Source: an uncultured delta proteobacterium
Lineage (GTDB): Bacteria; Myxococcota; Myxococcia; Myxococcales; Myxococcaceae
Direction: 5' to 3'
NCBI GenBank assembly: GCA_963776345.1
Contig: CAVZMH010000018.1
Location: 133,704 to 197,703, forward strand
Length of the DNA stretch: 64,000 bases
Below the pieces are notes generated by a model. That model saw only the letters and a list, made by a program, of their open reading frames with translations. It ran no database searches and had not been told where the DNA came from. Position numbers and translations under genes: made by a program. Shown one piece after another: positions 1-10,150 of the stretch (its first letter is position 1; each line of letters starts with the position of its first letter).

Positions 1-315
1 GCCGGCCTCGCCGAGCTGGGCGTTGCCCCCGGTGTGGTCCCCGTGGAAGTGGGTGTTGACCACGAAGCGGATCGGCCCGTCGCCGAGGGTCTTCACCGCG
101 GCGCGGATCTTTGGAAGGAGCGGCGCGAACTGGTCGTCGACGAGGAAGACCCCGTCCTTGCCGGTGGTCACGGCGATGTTCCCCCCCTCGCCGACGAGCA
201 TGGAGACCCCGCCGGCCAGCGGCACCACCTTCACCTCCACCTTGCTCCAGTCCGTCTCCTCGGCCAGCGCGACCGAGGTGAGCACCAGCGAGGCCGCGAG
301 CACGCACCGCTTCAT
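1..315 (-). CDS. MBL-fold metallo-hydrolase (cyclase-like), secreted; 3' end outside window
   Basis: Manual translation from ATG 315: MKRCVLAASLVLTSVALAEETDWSKVEVKVVPLAGGVSMLVGEGGNIAV...VVNTHFHGDHTGGN; HxHxDH metal motif and signal peptide. Not in the ORF track. Confidence 0.85.
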   Translation of the reverse strand, partial: MKRCVLAASLVLTSVALAEETDWSKVEVKVVPLAGGVSMLVGEGGNIAVTTGKDGVFLVDDQFAPLLPKIRAAVKTLGDGPIRFVVNTHFHGDHTGGNAQLGEAG

Positions 316-489
316 GGGACCGCCCTCCCGGGGGAAAGGTCCTGCTCCATAGCCCAGGAACACGTCCGGCCGGGAGCCGTCGTGCAGCCGGTGGAGCGTC
401 GCGGGCGGCGTGGCCGGTCGCGCCTGCCTCGGGCAGACTCCCTCCGCCGCGCGGGGCCTCGTGACGGGGCCGGCGGCAGGAGGCGGACG

Positions 490-1272
490 ATGCGACTCTC
501 CGGGCGGGCGGTGCTGGTGACGGGCGGCGGCGGAGGGCTGGGCCGGGCGATGGCCGAGGGCTTCGCCCGCGAGGGCGCGGCGGTGGTGGTGACCGACGTG
601 AACCTCGACGGCGCCCGGGCGGTGGCGAAGGGCATCGAGGAGCGGGGCGGGCGGGCCCTGGCGCTCCCCATGGACGTGACCTCCGAGGAGCAGGTGGAGT
701 CGGGCCTGGGCGAGGCGGTGCGCGCGCTCGGGGCGCTGGACGTGGCGGTGAGCAACGCCGGGGTGCAGCACATCGCGCCCATCACCGACTTCGCGCTCGC
801 CGACTGGCGCCGGGTGCTCTCCATCCACCTCGACGGCGGCTTCCTCCTCACCCGCGCGGCGATGCGCCACTGGCAGGCGGCAGGGAAGGGCGGGCTGCTT
901 CTCTACATGGGGAGCGTCCACAGCCTGGAGGCCTCGCCGTTCAAGTCCGCCTATGTCGCCGCCAAGCACGGGCTGCTCGGCCTGGCCCGCGCCGCGGCGA
1001 AGGAGGGCGCGAGGATCGGCGTCCGCACCAACGTCATCTGCCCCGGCTTCGTCCGCACCCCGCTGGTGGAGAAGCAGATCCCCGAGCAGGCGAAGACGCT
1101 GGGCATCAGCGAGGACGAGGTGGTGAAGAAGGTGATGCTCGGGAACACGGTGGACGGCGAGTTCACCACGCTGGAGGACATCGCCCAGCTGGCCATCGAC
1201 CTCGCCGCCTTCCCCAGCGCGGCGCTCACCGGCCAGCTGATGGTGGCCAGCCACGGCTGGCACATGCACTAG
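490..1272 (+). CDS. bdhA: 3-hydroxybutyrate dehydrogenase (SDR family)
   Basis: TGGGGGLG Rossmann motif, NAGVQH, GSVHS, ASPFKSAYVAAKHG (YxxxK), ICPGFVRTPLVEKQIPEQA; GGAGG RBS before ATG 490. Confidence 0.9.
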   Translation: MRLSGRAVLVTGGGGGLGRAMAEGFAREGAAVVVTDVNLDGARAVAKGIEERGGRALALPMDVTSEEQVESGLGEAVRALGALDVAVSNAGVQHIAPITDFALADWRRVLSIHLDGGFLLTRAAMRHWQAAGKGGLLLYMGSVHSLEASPFKSAYVAAKHGLLGLARAAAKEGARIGVRTNVICPGFVRTPLVEKQIPEQAKTLGISEDEVVKKVMLGNTVDGEFTTLEDIAQLAIDLAAFPSAALTGQLMVASHGWHMH

Positions 1273-1293
1273 ACGGGGGGATCCGGCACCCCC

Positions 1294-2091
1294 TCATCGC
1301 TCGGCGGAGGCGGCCGGCGGGGGCGGGCTGATCGAGACGATCGCCTTGACGATCCACTTCTCGGGCCCGACGAAGCCGTAGCCCACCCCGAGGTTGATGC
1401 CCACGATGCCCGCGGTGATGTCGGTCACCGCGAACAGCCGGTGCGTCTGCTCCGACGCCGGGAGGAAGTCCCCGATGACGCCGAAGCTCGAGTACTCCTC
1501 GAGCCCCAGCGCCAGGGGCCGGGCGACGTCCACGCTGACCTTGAACGCCGGCTCGAACACCGGCTTCCACGCCTCGGGCCCGGCGAAGGAGAAGGAGACG
1601 ATGGGATTCGCGACGAGGTACAGCGGACCCCACCGCGCGTCGATGACCGGGCGGAGCTCGCCCGCCCCAGCCCGCCGCCTCGTAGCGCTTGCTCACCCGG
1701 GCGAGCTCGACGTTGAGGGCGAGCCGGAAGGCTCCGAGCTGCTCGGGCAAGCGCCACTTGCTCCGGAGCTTGATGCCACCGGTGTCCCAGCCGCCGTCGG
1801 GCCGCAGCGCGAACTGCAGGTAGATCCCCATCTCCCACCAGTCCGTCAGCCCCGAGGTGCGGCTCGAAGGTGAGATGGGTCAGGTGGTCCGTCGGCACCT
1901 CGCCCTCGGGGGAGGGCGTCGTGGTCCCCTCGAGGAAGTGGTTGAGGTGAATCTCCAGGCCCGGCTCGCCGGGCCCGCGCCGTCTCGGCGTCGTAGACCT
2001 GGATCTCGAACGCGTCCTGGGCCGCCACGGGCCCGCTGGCCACGAGCGCGGAGGCGACGAGCAGGGAGCGGAGGCCGTGGGCTCGGGTCAC
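1294..2091 (-). CDS. Secreted, possibly outer-membrane beta-barrel, hypothetical protein; frameshifted
   Basis: Signal peptide then QDAFEIQVYDAETA; continues across frames as HLTHLTFEPHLG / MGIYLQFALRPDGGWDTGGIKLRSKW / FEPAFKVSVDV...GINLGVGYGF...WIVKAIVSI. About 3 frame changes; amphipathic beta-strand pattern. Confidence 0.6.
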
Positions 2092-2142
2092 GGGAGCGGC
2101 GAGCCTACCCCGCGGCCACCCCACGCCCGAGGCCCATCGGGG

Positions 2143-3822
2143 TCAGCCCGCCGCGCTCGACCCTGCCAGCACCCGGTGCACCAGCTGGATCGAGATGCTG
2201 CCCTCGCCCACCGCCGAGGCGACCCGCTTCACGTTGCCCGCCCGGACGTCCCCCACCGCGAAGATGCCGGGCCGGGAGGTCTCGAGCAGGAGCGGAGGAC
2301 GCGACAGCGGCCAGCCGGTGCTCGCCAGATCCTCGGGCGCGAGGTCCTGGCCGGTCTTCACGAAGCCCTTGTCGTCGAGCGCCACGCAGCCGCCCAGCCA
2401 GGCGGTGTTCGGCGTCGCCCCCATCATGCAGAAGACGTGGCGTACCGGGCGGTCCTCGGTCTCGCCGGTGGTGTCGTTCCGCCAGCGCACCGCCTCGAGC
2501 TCGCCGTTGCCCATGAGCCCGACGATCTCGGTGCCGGTGCGCACGGTGATGGCCGGGCTCTCCTCGATGCGGCGGATGAGGTACCGGGACATGGTCTCGG
2601 CGAGCCCCCCCGAGCGCACGAGCATGTGCACGTGGCGGGCGGTGCCCGAGAGGTACACCGCCGCTTGCCCCGCGGAGTTGCCTCCCCCGACGACGATGAC
2701 CTCCTCGCCCTCACAGAGCTGGGCCTCGATGAAGGTGGCGCCGTAGTAGACGCCGGCGTTCTCGAACCGGCCGAGGTTGGGCACCTCGAGCTTCCGGTAC
2801 CGGGCCCCGCTCGCCACCACCACCGCCCGGGCGCGCACCCGCTCGCCGTTCTCCAGCTCGACCACGTACGGGTGCCCGCCACAATCCAGCCGACTCGCGG
2901 TGCGGGCGATCGCCACGTCGGCCCCGAACTTCTGGGCCTGGGTGAACGCCCGTCCGGCCAGGGCCTGACCCGAGATGCCGGTGGGGAACCCGAGATAGTT
3001 CTCGATCTTCGAGCTGGAGCCGGCCTGTCCGCCGGGGGCATTGGCCTCCAGCACCAGCACGTCCAGCCCCTCGCTGGCCGCGTAGACCGCCGCGGACAGC
3101 CCGGCCGGGCCGCCCCCCACCACCACCACGTCGCGGACCGCGTCGGTCGCGATGCCGACGTTGAAGCCCAGGCACTCGGCCACCTCGGCGTCGCTCGGGG
3201 CCTTGAGCACGCGGGTCCCCCGGCAGATCAAGACCGGGATGTCCGCAGTCCCGAGCTCGAACCGCTCGAGGATGGCTTGCCCGCCCTCGTCGCGGTCGAC
3301 ATCCAGGTAGGCGTACGGGTGGGCGTTGCGGGTGAGGAATTCGCTGATCCTGAGCGTGCCCGCGTCGTGGCGCGCGCCCACCAGAATCACGTCCCCCCAG
3401 TGGTGGCTGATCAGGGCCACCCGCCGGAGGATGAAGGCCCGCATCAACAGCTCGCTCAGCTCGGCGTCGGTCACCACCAGTTGCCGGAGCCCGGAGGGAG
3501 CGATGTCCACCACCTCGCCGTCCCCGTTGCTCCGGGCGGTCGACAGCGCTCGCCGGCCGGAGAGCATGGCGGTCTCCCCGCTGAACTCCCCGGCCTGGTG
3601 GCGGACGATGAGCCGCTCCCCCGCGCCGTCGGGCTGGACGATGTCCAGTGCGCCCTGGAGGACGACGAAGAAGTGCACCCCCTCGTCACCCTGCCGGAAG
3701 AGGACCTCGCCGTCCCGGACCCGGCGCCGGGTGCCGTACTGCACCACCCGCTGGAGCTGCGCGTCGGTCAGGCGGGGGAAGAGCTGCTCCCGTCGCTCCA
3801 CCGCGATCGGCGTCTCGGCCAT
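2143..3822 (-). CDS. Cyclic-nucleotide-binding domain fused to thioredoxin reductase-like FAD-dependent oxidoreductase
   Basis: N-terminal cNMP domain (LFRQGDEG, GEFSGE, ELSELLMRAFILRR); VVGGGPAGLSAAVYAASEG, GGQAGSSSKIENYLGFPTGISG, VGGGNSAGQAA, TSRPGIFAVGDVR, KRVASAVGEG. Confidence 0.9.
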   Translation of the reverse strand: MAETPIAVERREQLFPRLTDAQLQRVVQYGTRRRVRDGEVLFRQGDEGVHFFVVLQGALDIVQPDGAGERLIVRHQAGEFSGETAMLSGRRALSTARSNGDGEVVDIAPSGLRQLVVTDAELSELLMRAFILRRVALISHHWGDVILVGARHDAGTLRISEFLTRNAHPYAYLDVDRDEGGQAILERFELGTADIPVLICRGTRVLKAPSDAEVAECLGFNVGIATDAVRDVVVVGGGPAGLSAAVYAASEGLDVLVLEANAPGGQAGSSSKIENYLGFPTGISGQALAGRAFTQAQKFGADVAIARTASRLDCGGHPYVVELENGERVRARAVVVASGARYRKLEVPNLGRFENAGVYYGATFIEAQLCEGEEVIVVGGGNSAGQAAVYLSGTARHVHMLVRSGGLAETMSRYLIRRIEESPAITVRTGTEIVGLMGNGELEAVRWRNDTTGETEDRPVRHVFCMMGATPNTAWLGGCVALDDKGFVKTGQDLAPEDLASTGWPLSRPPLLLETSRPGIFAVGDVRAGNVKRVASAVGEGSISIQLVHRVLAGSSAAG

Positions 3823-3881
3823 GGTCGGCGACTGTTCACCCGCCGCCAGGCCCGGTGCAACCCAAACCGGGCCGGGGGAGG

Positions 3882-6800
3882 CTATCCGGCAATGGCCGGC
3901 ACGCTGACGGGCGGCGCCTCGGGCTCGCGGCGGCTCGAGAACCGGTCCATCAAGAGATAAATGACCGGTGTGGTGTAGAGCGTCAGAAGCTGGCTCAGGA
4001 GCAGCCCGCCCACCACGCTGATGCCCAGCGGCTTGCGCAGCTCCGAGCCCAGGCCCGATCCGAGCGCCAGGGGGAGCGCCCCGAAGAGCGCGGCCAGGGT
4101 GGTCATGAGGATGGGCCGGAAGCGCAGCTCGGAGGCCTTGAGGATGGCGTCCCGGGTGGACAGCCCCTCGCTCCGCTCGGCCTCCACCGCGAAGTCCACC
4201 ATCATGATCGCGTTCTTCTTCACGATGCCGATGAGGAGGATGATCCCGATCAGCGCCACGATGCTCAGGTCCGTCCCGGTCAGCATCAGCGCCAGCAGCG
4301 CTCCCACGCCGGCGGTGGGCAACGTGGAGAGGATGGTCACCGGGTGCACGTAGCTCTCGTAGAGCACGCCCAGCACGATGTAGACCGCCAGGAGCGCCAG
4401 GAGGATGAGCACCGGCTGGCTGGACAGCGACTGCTGGAAGGCCTGCGCCGTTCCGGTGAAGCCGCCCTGCACGCTGGCCGGCAGCCGGATCTCGCGCTCG
4501 GCCTGCTGCACTGCCGTCACCGCGTCGCTCAGTGACTTCCCGGGTGCAAGGTTGAAGGAGAGCGTCACCGAGGGGAACTGGCCCTGGTGGTTGATGGAGG
4601 TGGGGAGGTTGCCCCGGGAGACGGTGGTCAGGGCCGAGAGCGGCACCAGACCGCCGGAGCTCGAGCGGAGGTAGAGCTTCCTCAGGGTGTCCTCGTCCTC
4701 GAGGTACGCCGGGGTCACCTCCATCACCACCCGGTACTGGTTGGCCACCCCGTAGGTGACCGAGATCTGCCGCTGGCCGAAGGCGTCGTACAGCGCGTTG
4801 TCCACGTCCCGGACGCTCACCCCGAGGCGCGACGCGCTGTCCCGGTCGATGGAGAGGCGGAGCTCCAGGCCGGCCGACTGCTGGTCGGTGGCCACGTCGG
4901 TCAGCTCGGGCACGCGCTTCAGCCGCTCGAAGACCCGGGGCGCCCAGGTGTTGAGCTCGGTCAGGTCCGGATCCTGGATGGTGTACTGGTACTGCGTCCG
5001 GGCCAGCCGGCCTCCGACGCGTACGTCCTGGGCGGCCTGCATGAAGAGGTTGATCCCCACCAGCTTCGAGAGCTTGGGCCGGAGCCGGGCGATGATCTGG
5101 TCGGCGGTGGCCTTCCGGGGCGGCCGCGGCTTCAGGGTGACGAACAGCGAGCCGGTGTTCCCCGAGCCTCCGCCCGGCCCGCCGCCGATGAACGAGACCA
5201 CGCTGGCGACGTCCGGGTCCGCGCCCACGATCGTGTTCACCGCGACCTGCCGGTCCTTCATCGCCAGATAGCTCACGTCCTGCGGCGCCTCGCTGAACCC
5301 GACGAGCAGCCCGTTGTCCTGCTGGGGGAAGAGCCCCTTGGGGATGCGGGCGAAGAGGAGGACGGTGAGCGCGATGGCTCCGAGCACCACCCCCAGCGTC
5401 AGCCAGGCGTGGGACAGCACGACGCGCAGGGAGCGATCGTAGCCGGAGAAGAGGCCCCGGAAGGCGCGCTCCGACCAGCGGTACAGCCTGCCCCGGGGCC
5501 GCTCGGCCGCCGTCTGGAGCAGGCGGGACGCCATCATCGGGGTCACCGTCAGCGACACCACCGCCGATATGACGATGGCCACCGCCAGGGTGACCGCGAA
5601 CTCCCGGAACAGCCGCCCGACGATCCCCCCCATCAGGAGGATGGGGATGAACACCGCCAGCAAGGAGACGGTGATCGAGACGATGGTGAAGCCGATCTCC
5701 CGCGCGCCCCGGAGCGCGGCCTCGAACGGGCGCATCCCCTCCTCGACGTACCGGGCGATGTTCTCGGTCACCACGATGGCGTCGTCCACCACGAAGCCGG
5801 TGGAGATGGTGAGCGCCATCAACGAGAGGTTGTTCAGGCTGTACCCCAGGAGCCACATCACCGCGAAGGTGCCGAGAATGGACAGCGGCACGGCCACGCT
5901 GGGGATGGCGGTCGCCCGGGCGGACCGGAGGAAGAGGAATACCACCAGCGTCACCAGGACCACGCTCAGGAGCAGGGTGCGCTCCACGTCATTCACCGAG
6001 GCGCGGATGGTCTGGGTCCGGTCCGAGGCCACCTGGATATCGATGGCCGGAGAGACCGACGAGGCCAGCGAGGGGAGCAGTGCCTTGATCCGCTCCACCG
6101 TCTCGATGATGTTCGCCCCCGGCTGCCGCCGGACGATGATCAGCACCGAGCGGACGCCGTTGGTCCACCCCGCCACCCGGGTGTTCTGGACGCTGTCCTC
6201 CACCGTCGCCACGTCGCCCAGCCGCACCGTCCCGGCGGGGGTCTGGAGCAGGAGAAGCTCCCGGTACTGGTCGGCCCGGAACAGCTGGTCGTTGGTGGCC
6301 AGGGTCGTGCTCTGCAGCTCTCCGCCCACGCTGCCGGTGGGCCGGTTCACCGAGGCGGAGGCCAGCACCGAGCGCACGTCCGCCAGGGTGAGGTTCACGC
6401 CCGCCGCGGCCTCGGGGTCCACCTGCACCCGGACCGCCGGCTGCTGCCCGCCGCCGACGAAGACCTGCCCCACCCCCTCCACCTGGGAGATCTTCTGCGC
6501 CAGCACCGTGTCCGCCGCGTCGAAGACCTGTGGCAGCGGCAGGGTCGTCGAGGTGAGGGCGAGGATCATGATCGGCGTGTCGCTCGGGTTCACCTTCCGG
6601 TAGTTGGGGCGGAAGGGGAGGTTGGTCGGGAGGTCCGCCGAGGCGGCGTTGATCGCCGCCTGCACGTCACGGCCCGCAGCGTCCGGGTCGCGGTCGAGGT
6701 CGAACTGGAGGGTGATGGACGTCGACCCGAGCGAGCTGGTCGAGGTCATGTCGGTGAGGCCGGCGATGCGCCCCAGCCGGCGCTCCAGCGGCGTGGCCAC

Positions 6801-7034
6801 CGCCGAGGACATGGTCTCGGGGCTCGCGCCGGGGAGGTTGGCGTTCACCGAGATGGTGGGCAGGTCCACCCGGGGCAGCGGCGCCACCGGGAGCTGGGTG
6901 TAGGCCACCGCGCCGAGGAGGAGCAGCGCGGCGGCCAGCAACGAGGTGCCGATGGGACGGCGGATGAACGGCTCGCTGATTCCCACCCAGGCGTGCTGCC
7001 CGGTGTGGGGCGTCGCTGTGCCTTCCGCGCTCAC
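3882..7034 (-). CDS. mdtC: RND efflux permease, MdtC-like
   Basis: ISEPFIRRPIGT, LPVAPLPRVDLPTI, GFVVDDAIVVTENI, GIVKKNAIMMVDFA, RFRPILMTT; GTG start overlaps the mdtB stop (GTGA). Confidence 0.85.
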   Translation of the reverse strand: MSAEGTATPHTGQHAWVGISEPFIRRPIGTSLLAAALLLLGAVAYTQLPVAPLPRVDLPTISVNANLPGASPETMSSAVATPLERRLGRIAGLTDMTSTSSLGSTSITLQFDLDRDPDAAGRDVQAAINAASADLPTNLPFRPNYRKVNPSDTPIMILALTSTTLPLPQVFDAADTVLAQKISQVEGVGQVFVGGGQQPAVRVQVDPEAAAGVNLTLADVRSVLASASVNRPTGSVGGELQSTTLATNDQLFRADQYRELLLLQTPAGTVRLGDVATVEDSVQNTRVAGWTNGVRSVLIIVRRQPGANIIETVERIKALLPSLASSVSPAIDIQVASDRTQTIRASVNDVERTLLLSVVLVTLVVFLFLRSARATAIPSVAVPLSILGTFAVMWLLGYSLNNLSLMALTISTGFVVDDAIVVTENIARYVEEGMRPFEAALRGAREIGFTIVSITVSLLAVFIPILLMGGIVGRLFREFAVTLAVAIVISAVVSLTVTPMMASRLLQTAAERPRGRLYRWSERAFRGLFSGYDRSLRVVLSHAWLTLGVVLGAIALTVLLFARIPKGLFPQQDNGLLVGFSEAPQDVSYLAMKDRQVAVNTIVGADPDVASVVSFIGGGPGGGSGNTGSLFVTLKPRPPRKATADQIIARLRPKLSKLVGINLFMQAAQDVRVGGRLARTQYQYTIQDPDLTELNTWAPRVFERLKRVPELTDVATDQQSAGLELRLSIDRDSASRLGVSVRDVDNALYDAFGQRQISVTYGVANQYRVVMEVTPAYLEDEDTLRKLYLRSSSGGLVPLSALTTVSRGNLPTSINHQGQFPSVTLSFNLAPGKSLSDAVTAVQQAEREIRLPASVQGGFTGTAQAFQQSLSSQPVLILLALLAVYIVLGVLYESYVHPVTILSTLPTAGVGALLALMLTGTDLSIVALIGIILLIGIVKKNAIMMVDFAVEAERSEGLSTRDAILKASELRFRPILMTTLAALFGALPLALGSGLGSELRKPLGISVVGGLLLSQLLTLYTTPVIYLLMDRFSSRREPEAPPVSVPAIAG

Positions 7035-10000
7035 CCGGGCACGCCCTCCGGCGCGGTCCCCGCCCTCCCGGGCCGCCGCCGTGACGCCAGCCACCGGCCG
7101 AACCTCTCCATGTACAGGTAGATCACCGGGGTGGTGTACAGGGTGAGCACCTGGCTGATCAGCAGGCCCCCCACGATGCTCACCCCGAGCGGCTTCCGGA
7201 GCTCGCTTCCCGTTCCGCCCTCCAGCGCCAGCGGCAGCCCGCCGAGCAGCGCCGCGAAGCTGGTCATCATGATCGGCCTGAAACGCAGCCGGCAGGCCTT
7301 CTTGATCGACTCCATCGGCGAGAGCTTCTCCTCGCGCTCGGCCACCAGCGCGAAGTCGATCATCATGATCGCGTTCTTCTTCACGATGCCGATCAGGAGG
7401 ACGATCCCGATCAGCGCCACGATGTCGAACTCCATCCCGCACAGCATCAGCGCCAGGAACGCGCCCACGCCCGCCGAGGGAAGGGTGGAGAGGATGGTGA
7501 TCGGGTGGATGTAGCTCTCGTAGAGGACGCCGAGCACGATGTAGACGGTGATCAGCGCGGCGAGGACCAGGATCGGCTCGTTGGCCAGGCTGTCCCGGAA
7601 CTCCTGGGCCGTCCCCTGGAAGCTGGCGTGCAGCCCCCGTGGCATCCCCAGCGCGTCGGTGGCCTGACGGATGGCCTTGACCGCCGCTCCCAGCGAGTGG
7701 CCGGGCGCGGTGTCGAAGGACAGCGTGACCGAGGGGAACTGCCCCTGGTGGTTGACGGTGAGCGGAGCGGTGGTCTCCACTCGCTGCACCACGGCCGAGA
7801 GCGGCACCGGGCTCCCGGTCGCGTTGCGCACGTAGATCCGGTCCAGCGCCCGGGGGCCCTTGGCCAGAGCCGGATCGACCTCGAGGATGACCCGGTAGAG
7901 GTTCAGCTGGGTGAAGATGATCGACACCTGCCGCTGGCCGAAGGCGTCGTACAGCGTGTCGTCGATGGCCTGGGTGGAGATGCCCACCCGTGAGGCGGTG
8001 TCCCGGTCGATCTTGAGCAGCGTCACCTGCCCGTTCCCCAGCTGGTCCGTGGCCACGCTCTTCAGCTCGGGCAGCGCGCGGAGCTTCTCCAGGAGCTTCG
8101 GGGCCCACTCGGCCAGCTCGGCCGGGTCCGCGTCCTCCAGCGTGTACTGGTAGGGGGTGCGGCTGGCCCGGGTCTCGATCTGGAGGTCCTGCACCGCCTG
8201 GAGGTACGTGGAGATGCTGCCCACCTGGGCCAGCTTCGGCTGCAGCCGGGCGATGATCTGGGTCGCGGTGGCGCGGCGGTCCTCGCGGGGCTTCAGGGTG
8301 ATCGAGAGCCGCCCGCTGTTGGTGGTGGGGTTGTTCCCGTCCGCGCCGATGAAGGAGGCCACCCCCGCCACGTCGGGGTCCTCGCGGACGGTCTGCACCA
8401 CCGCCTGCTGCAGCTCGGCCATCCGCCCGAAGCTCACGTCCGGCCCCGCCTCGGTGATGCCGGTGAGGAGCCCCGTGTCCTGCACCGGGAAGAACCCCTT
8501 GGGGATGATCAGCGCCAGCACCACCGTGAGGAGGAACGTTCCCACGGTGATGGCCAGGGTCAGCGGCTGGTGCCGGAGCACCCAGTCCACGCCGCGGCCG
8601 TAGGCGTCGATCACCCGCTGGTAGGTGCGCTCGCTCCAGGCGTAGAAGCGGCCCCGCTGCTCCGGCGGCGGCTCGGGCTTGAGGATCCAGGCGCACATCA
8701 TCGGCGTCAGGGTCAGCGAGAGCAGCGCCGACACGCCGATGGCCAGAGAGAGCGTGACCGCGAACTCGCGGAACAGCCGGCCGATGAGCCCGGTCATGAA
8801 GAGCAGCGGCACCAGCACCGCCACCAGCGACACGGTGAGCGAGACGATGGTGAAGCCGATCTGCCCCGCGCCCTTGATCGCCGCCCGGAAGGGCGACTCG
8901 CCCTCCTCGATGTAGCGGCTGATGTTCTCGATCATCACGATGGCGTCGTCCACCACGAAGCCGGTGGAGATGGTGAGCGCCATCAGCGAGAGGTTGTTGA
9001 GGCTGTACCCCAGCAGGTACATCAGCCCGAACGTGCCGATGAGGCTCAGCGGCACGGTGATCCCGGGGATGGTGGTGGCCCGGAGGTTGCGGAGGAAGAG
9101 GTAGATGACCGCCACCACCAGGATGATGGTCAGCACCAGGGTGAACTCCACGTCCGCCACGCTGGCCCGCACCGTCTCGGTCCGGTCGCTGAGGATGGAG
9201 ACGTGGATGCCCTGGGGCAGGCTGGCCTCGAGCTGCGGGAGGAGCGCCTTCACCCGGTCCGCCACCGCGATGACGTTGGCCCCCGGCTGGCGCTGGACGT
9301 TGAGGATGATCGCCCGCTGGTCGTTGGCCCATCCGGCGAGCTGCGCGTTCTCCACCCCGTCCACCGTGCCGGCCACGTCGCGGAGCCGCAGCGGCGCCCC
9401 GTTCTTGTAGGCGAGCAGCAGGGGGGCGAAGGACTTCGCGTCGCTGAGCTGGTCGTCGGTGGCCAGGGTGTATTCCTGGCGCGGGGTGTCCAGCGTTCCC
9501 TTGGGGGCGTTGATGTTCGCCGCGACCAGCGCCGTCCGGACGTCCTCCAGGGTGAGCCCGGTGCCGGCCAGCGCCTCGGGATCCACCTGCACCCGGACCG
9601 CCGGGCGCTGCGCCCCGCCGAGCGTCACCAGTCCCACACCCGAGACCTGGCTGATCTTCTGCGCCAGGATGCTGTCGGCGTAGTCGTTGACCTGAGCGAG
9701 TGGCAGCGTCTCCGAGGTGATGGACAGGGTGAGGATGGGCACGTCCGCCGGGTTGCTCTTGCTGTAGGTGGGCGGGGCGGGGAGGTTGGCCGGGAGCACG
9801 CTCGAGGCCGCGTTGATCGCCGCCTGCACGTCCTGCTGGGCCGAGTCGATGCTCCGGTCGAGCGTGAACTGGAGCGTGATCTGCGAGCTGGTCGCGCTGC
9901 TCACGCTGGTCATCTGCGCCAGCGAGGGGATCTGCCCGAACTGCCGCTCCAGCGGAGCCGTCACCGAGGAGGCCATGGTCTCAGCCGAGGCGCCCGGGAA

Positions 10001-10150
10001 CGCGGTCGAGACCACGATGGTGGGATAGTCCACCTGGGGCAGGGCGGAGATCGGCAGCTGGCGGAAGGCCACCAGTCCCGCCAGGGTCAGGCCCACGGTG
10101 AGGAGCGTGGTGCCGACCGGCCGGCGGATGAACGGCTCGCTGATGCTCAC
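7031..10150 (-). CDS. mdtB: RND efflux permease, MdtB-like
   Basis: 1039 aa; PLERQFGQIP, GFVVDDAIVMIENI, GIVKKNAIMMIDFA; first of a tandem permease pair. Confidence 0.88.
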   Translation of the reverse strand: MSISEPFIRRPVGTTLLTVGLTLAGLVAFRQLPISALPQVDYPTIVVSTAFPGASAETMASSVTAPLERQFGQIPSLAQMTSVSSATSSQITLQFTLDRSIDSAQQDVQAAINAASSVLPANLPAPPTYSKSNPADVPILTLSITSETLPLAQVNDYADSILAQKISQVSGVGLVTLGGAQRPAVRVQVDPEALAGTGLTLEDVRTALVAANINAPKGTLDTPRQEYTLATDDQLSDAKSFAPLLLAYKNGAPLRLRDVAGTVDGVENAQLAGWANDQRAIILNVQRQPGANVIAVADRVKALLPQLEASLPQGIHVSILSDRTETVRASVADVEFTLVLTIILVVAVIYLFLRNLRATTIPGITVPLSLIGTFGLMYLLGYSLNNLSLMALTISTGFVVDDAIVMIENISRYIEEGESPFRAAIKGAGQIGFTIVSLTVSLVAVLVPLLFMTGLIGRLFREFAVTLSLAIGVSALLSLTLTPMMCAWILKPEPPPEQRGRFYAWSERTYQRVIDAYGRGVDWVLRHQPLTLAITVGTFLLTVVLALIIPKGFFPVQDTGLLTGITEAGPDVSFGRMAELQQAVVQTVREDPDVAGVASFIGADGNNPTTNSGRLSITLKPREDRRATATQIIARLQPKLAQVGSISTYLQAVQDLQIETRASRTPYQYTLEDADPAELAEWAPKLLEKLRALPELKSVATDQLGNGQVTLLKIDRDTASRVGISTQAIDDTLYDAFGQRQVSIIFTQLNLYRVILEVDPALAKGPRALDRIYVRNATGSPVPLSAVVQRVETTAPLTVNHQGQFPSVTLSFDTAPGHSLGAAVKAIRQATDALGMPRGLHASFQGTAQEFRDSLANEPILVLAALITVYIVLGVLYESYIHPITILSTLPSAGVGAFLALMLCGMEFDIVALIGIVLLIGIVKKNAIMMIDFALVAEREEKLSPMESIKKACRLRFRPIMMTSFAALLGGLPLALEGGTGSELRKPLGVSIVGGLLISQVLTLYTTPVIYLYMERFGRWLASRRRPGRAGTAPEGVPG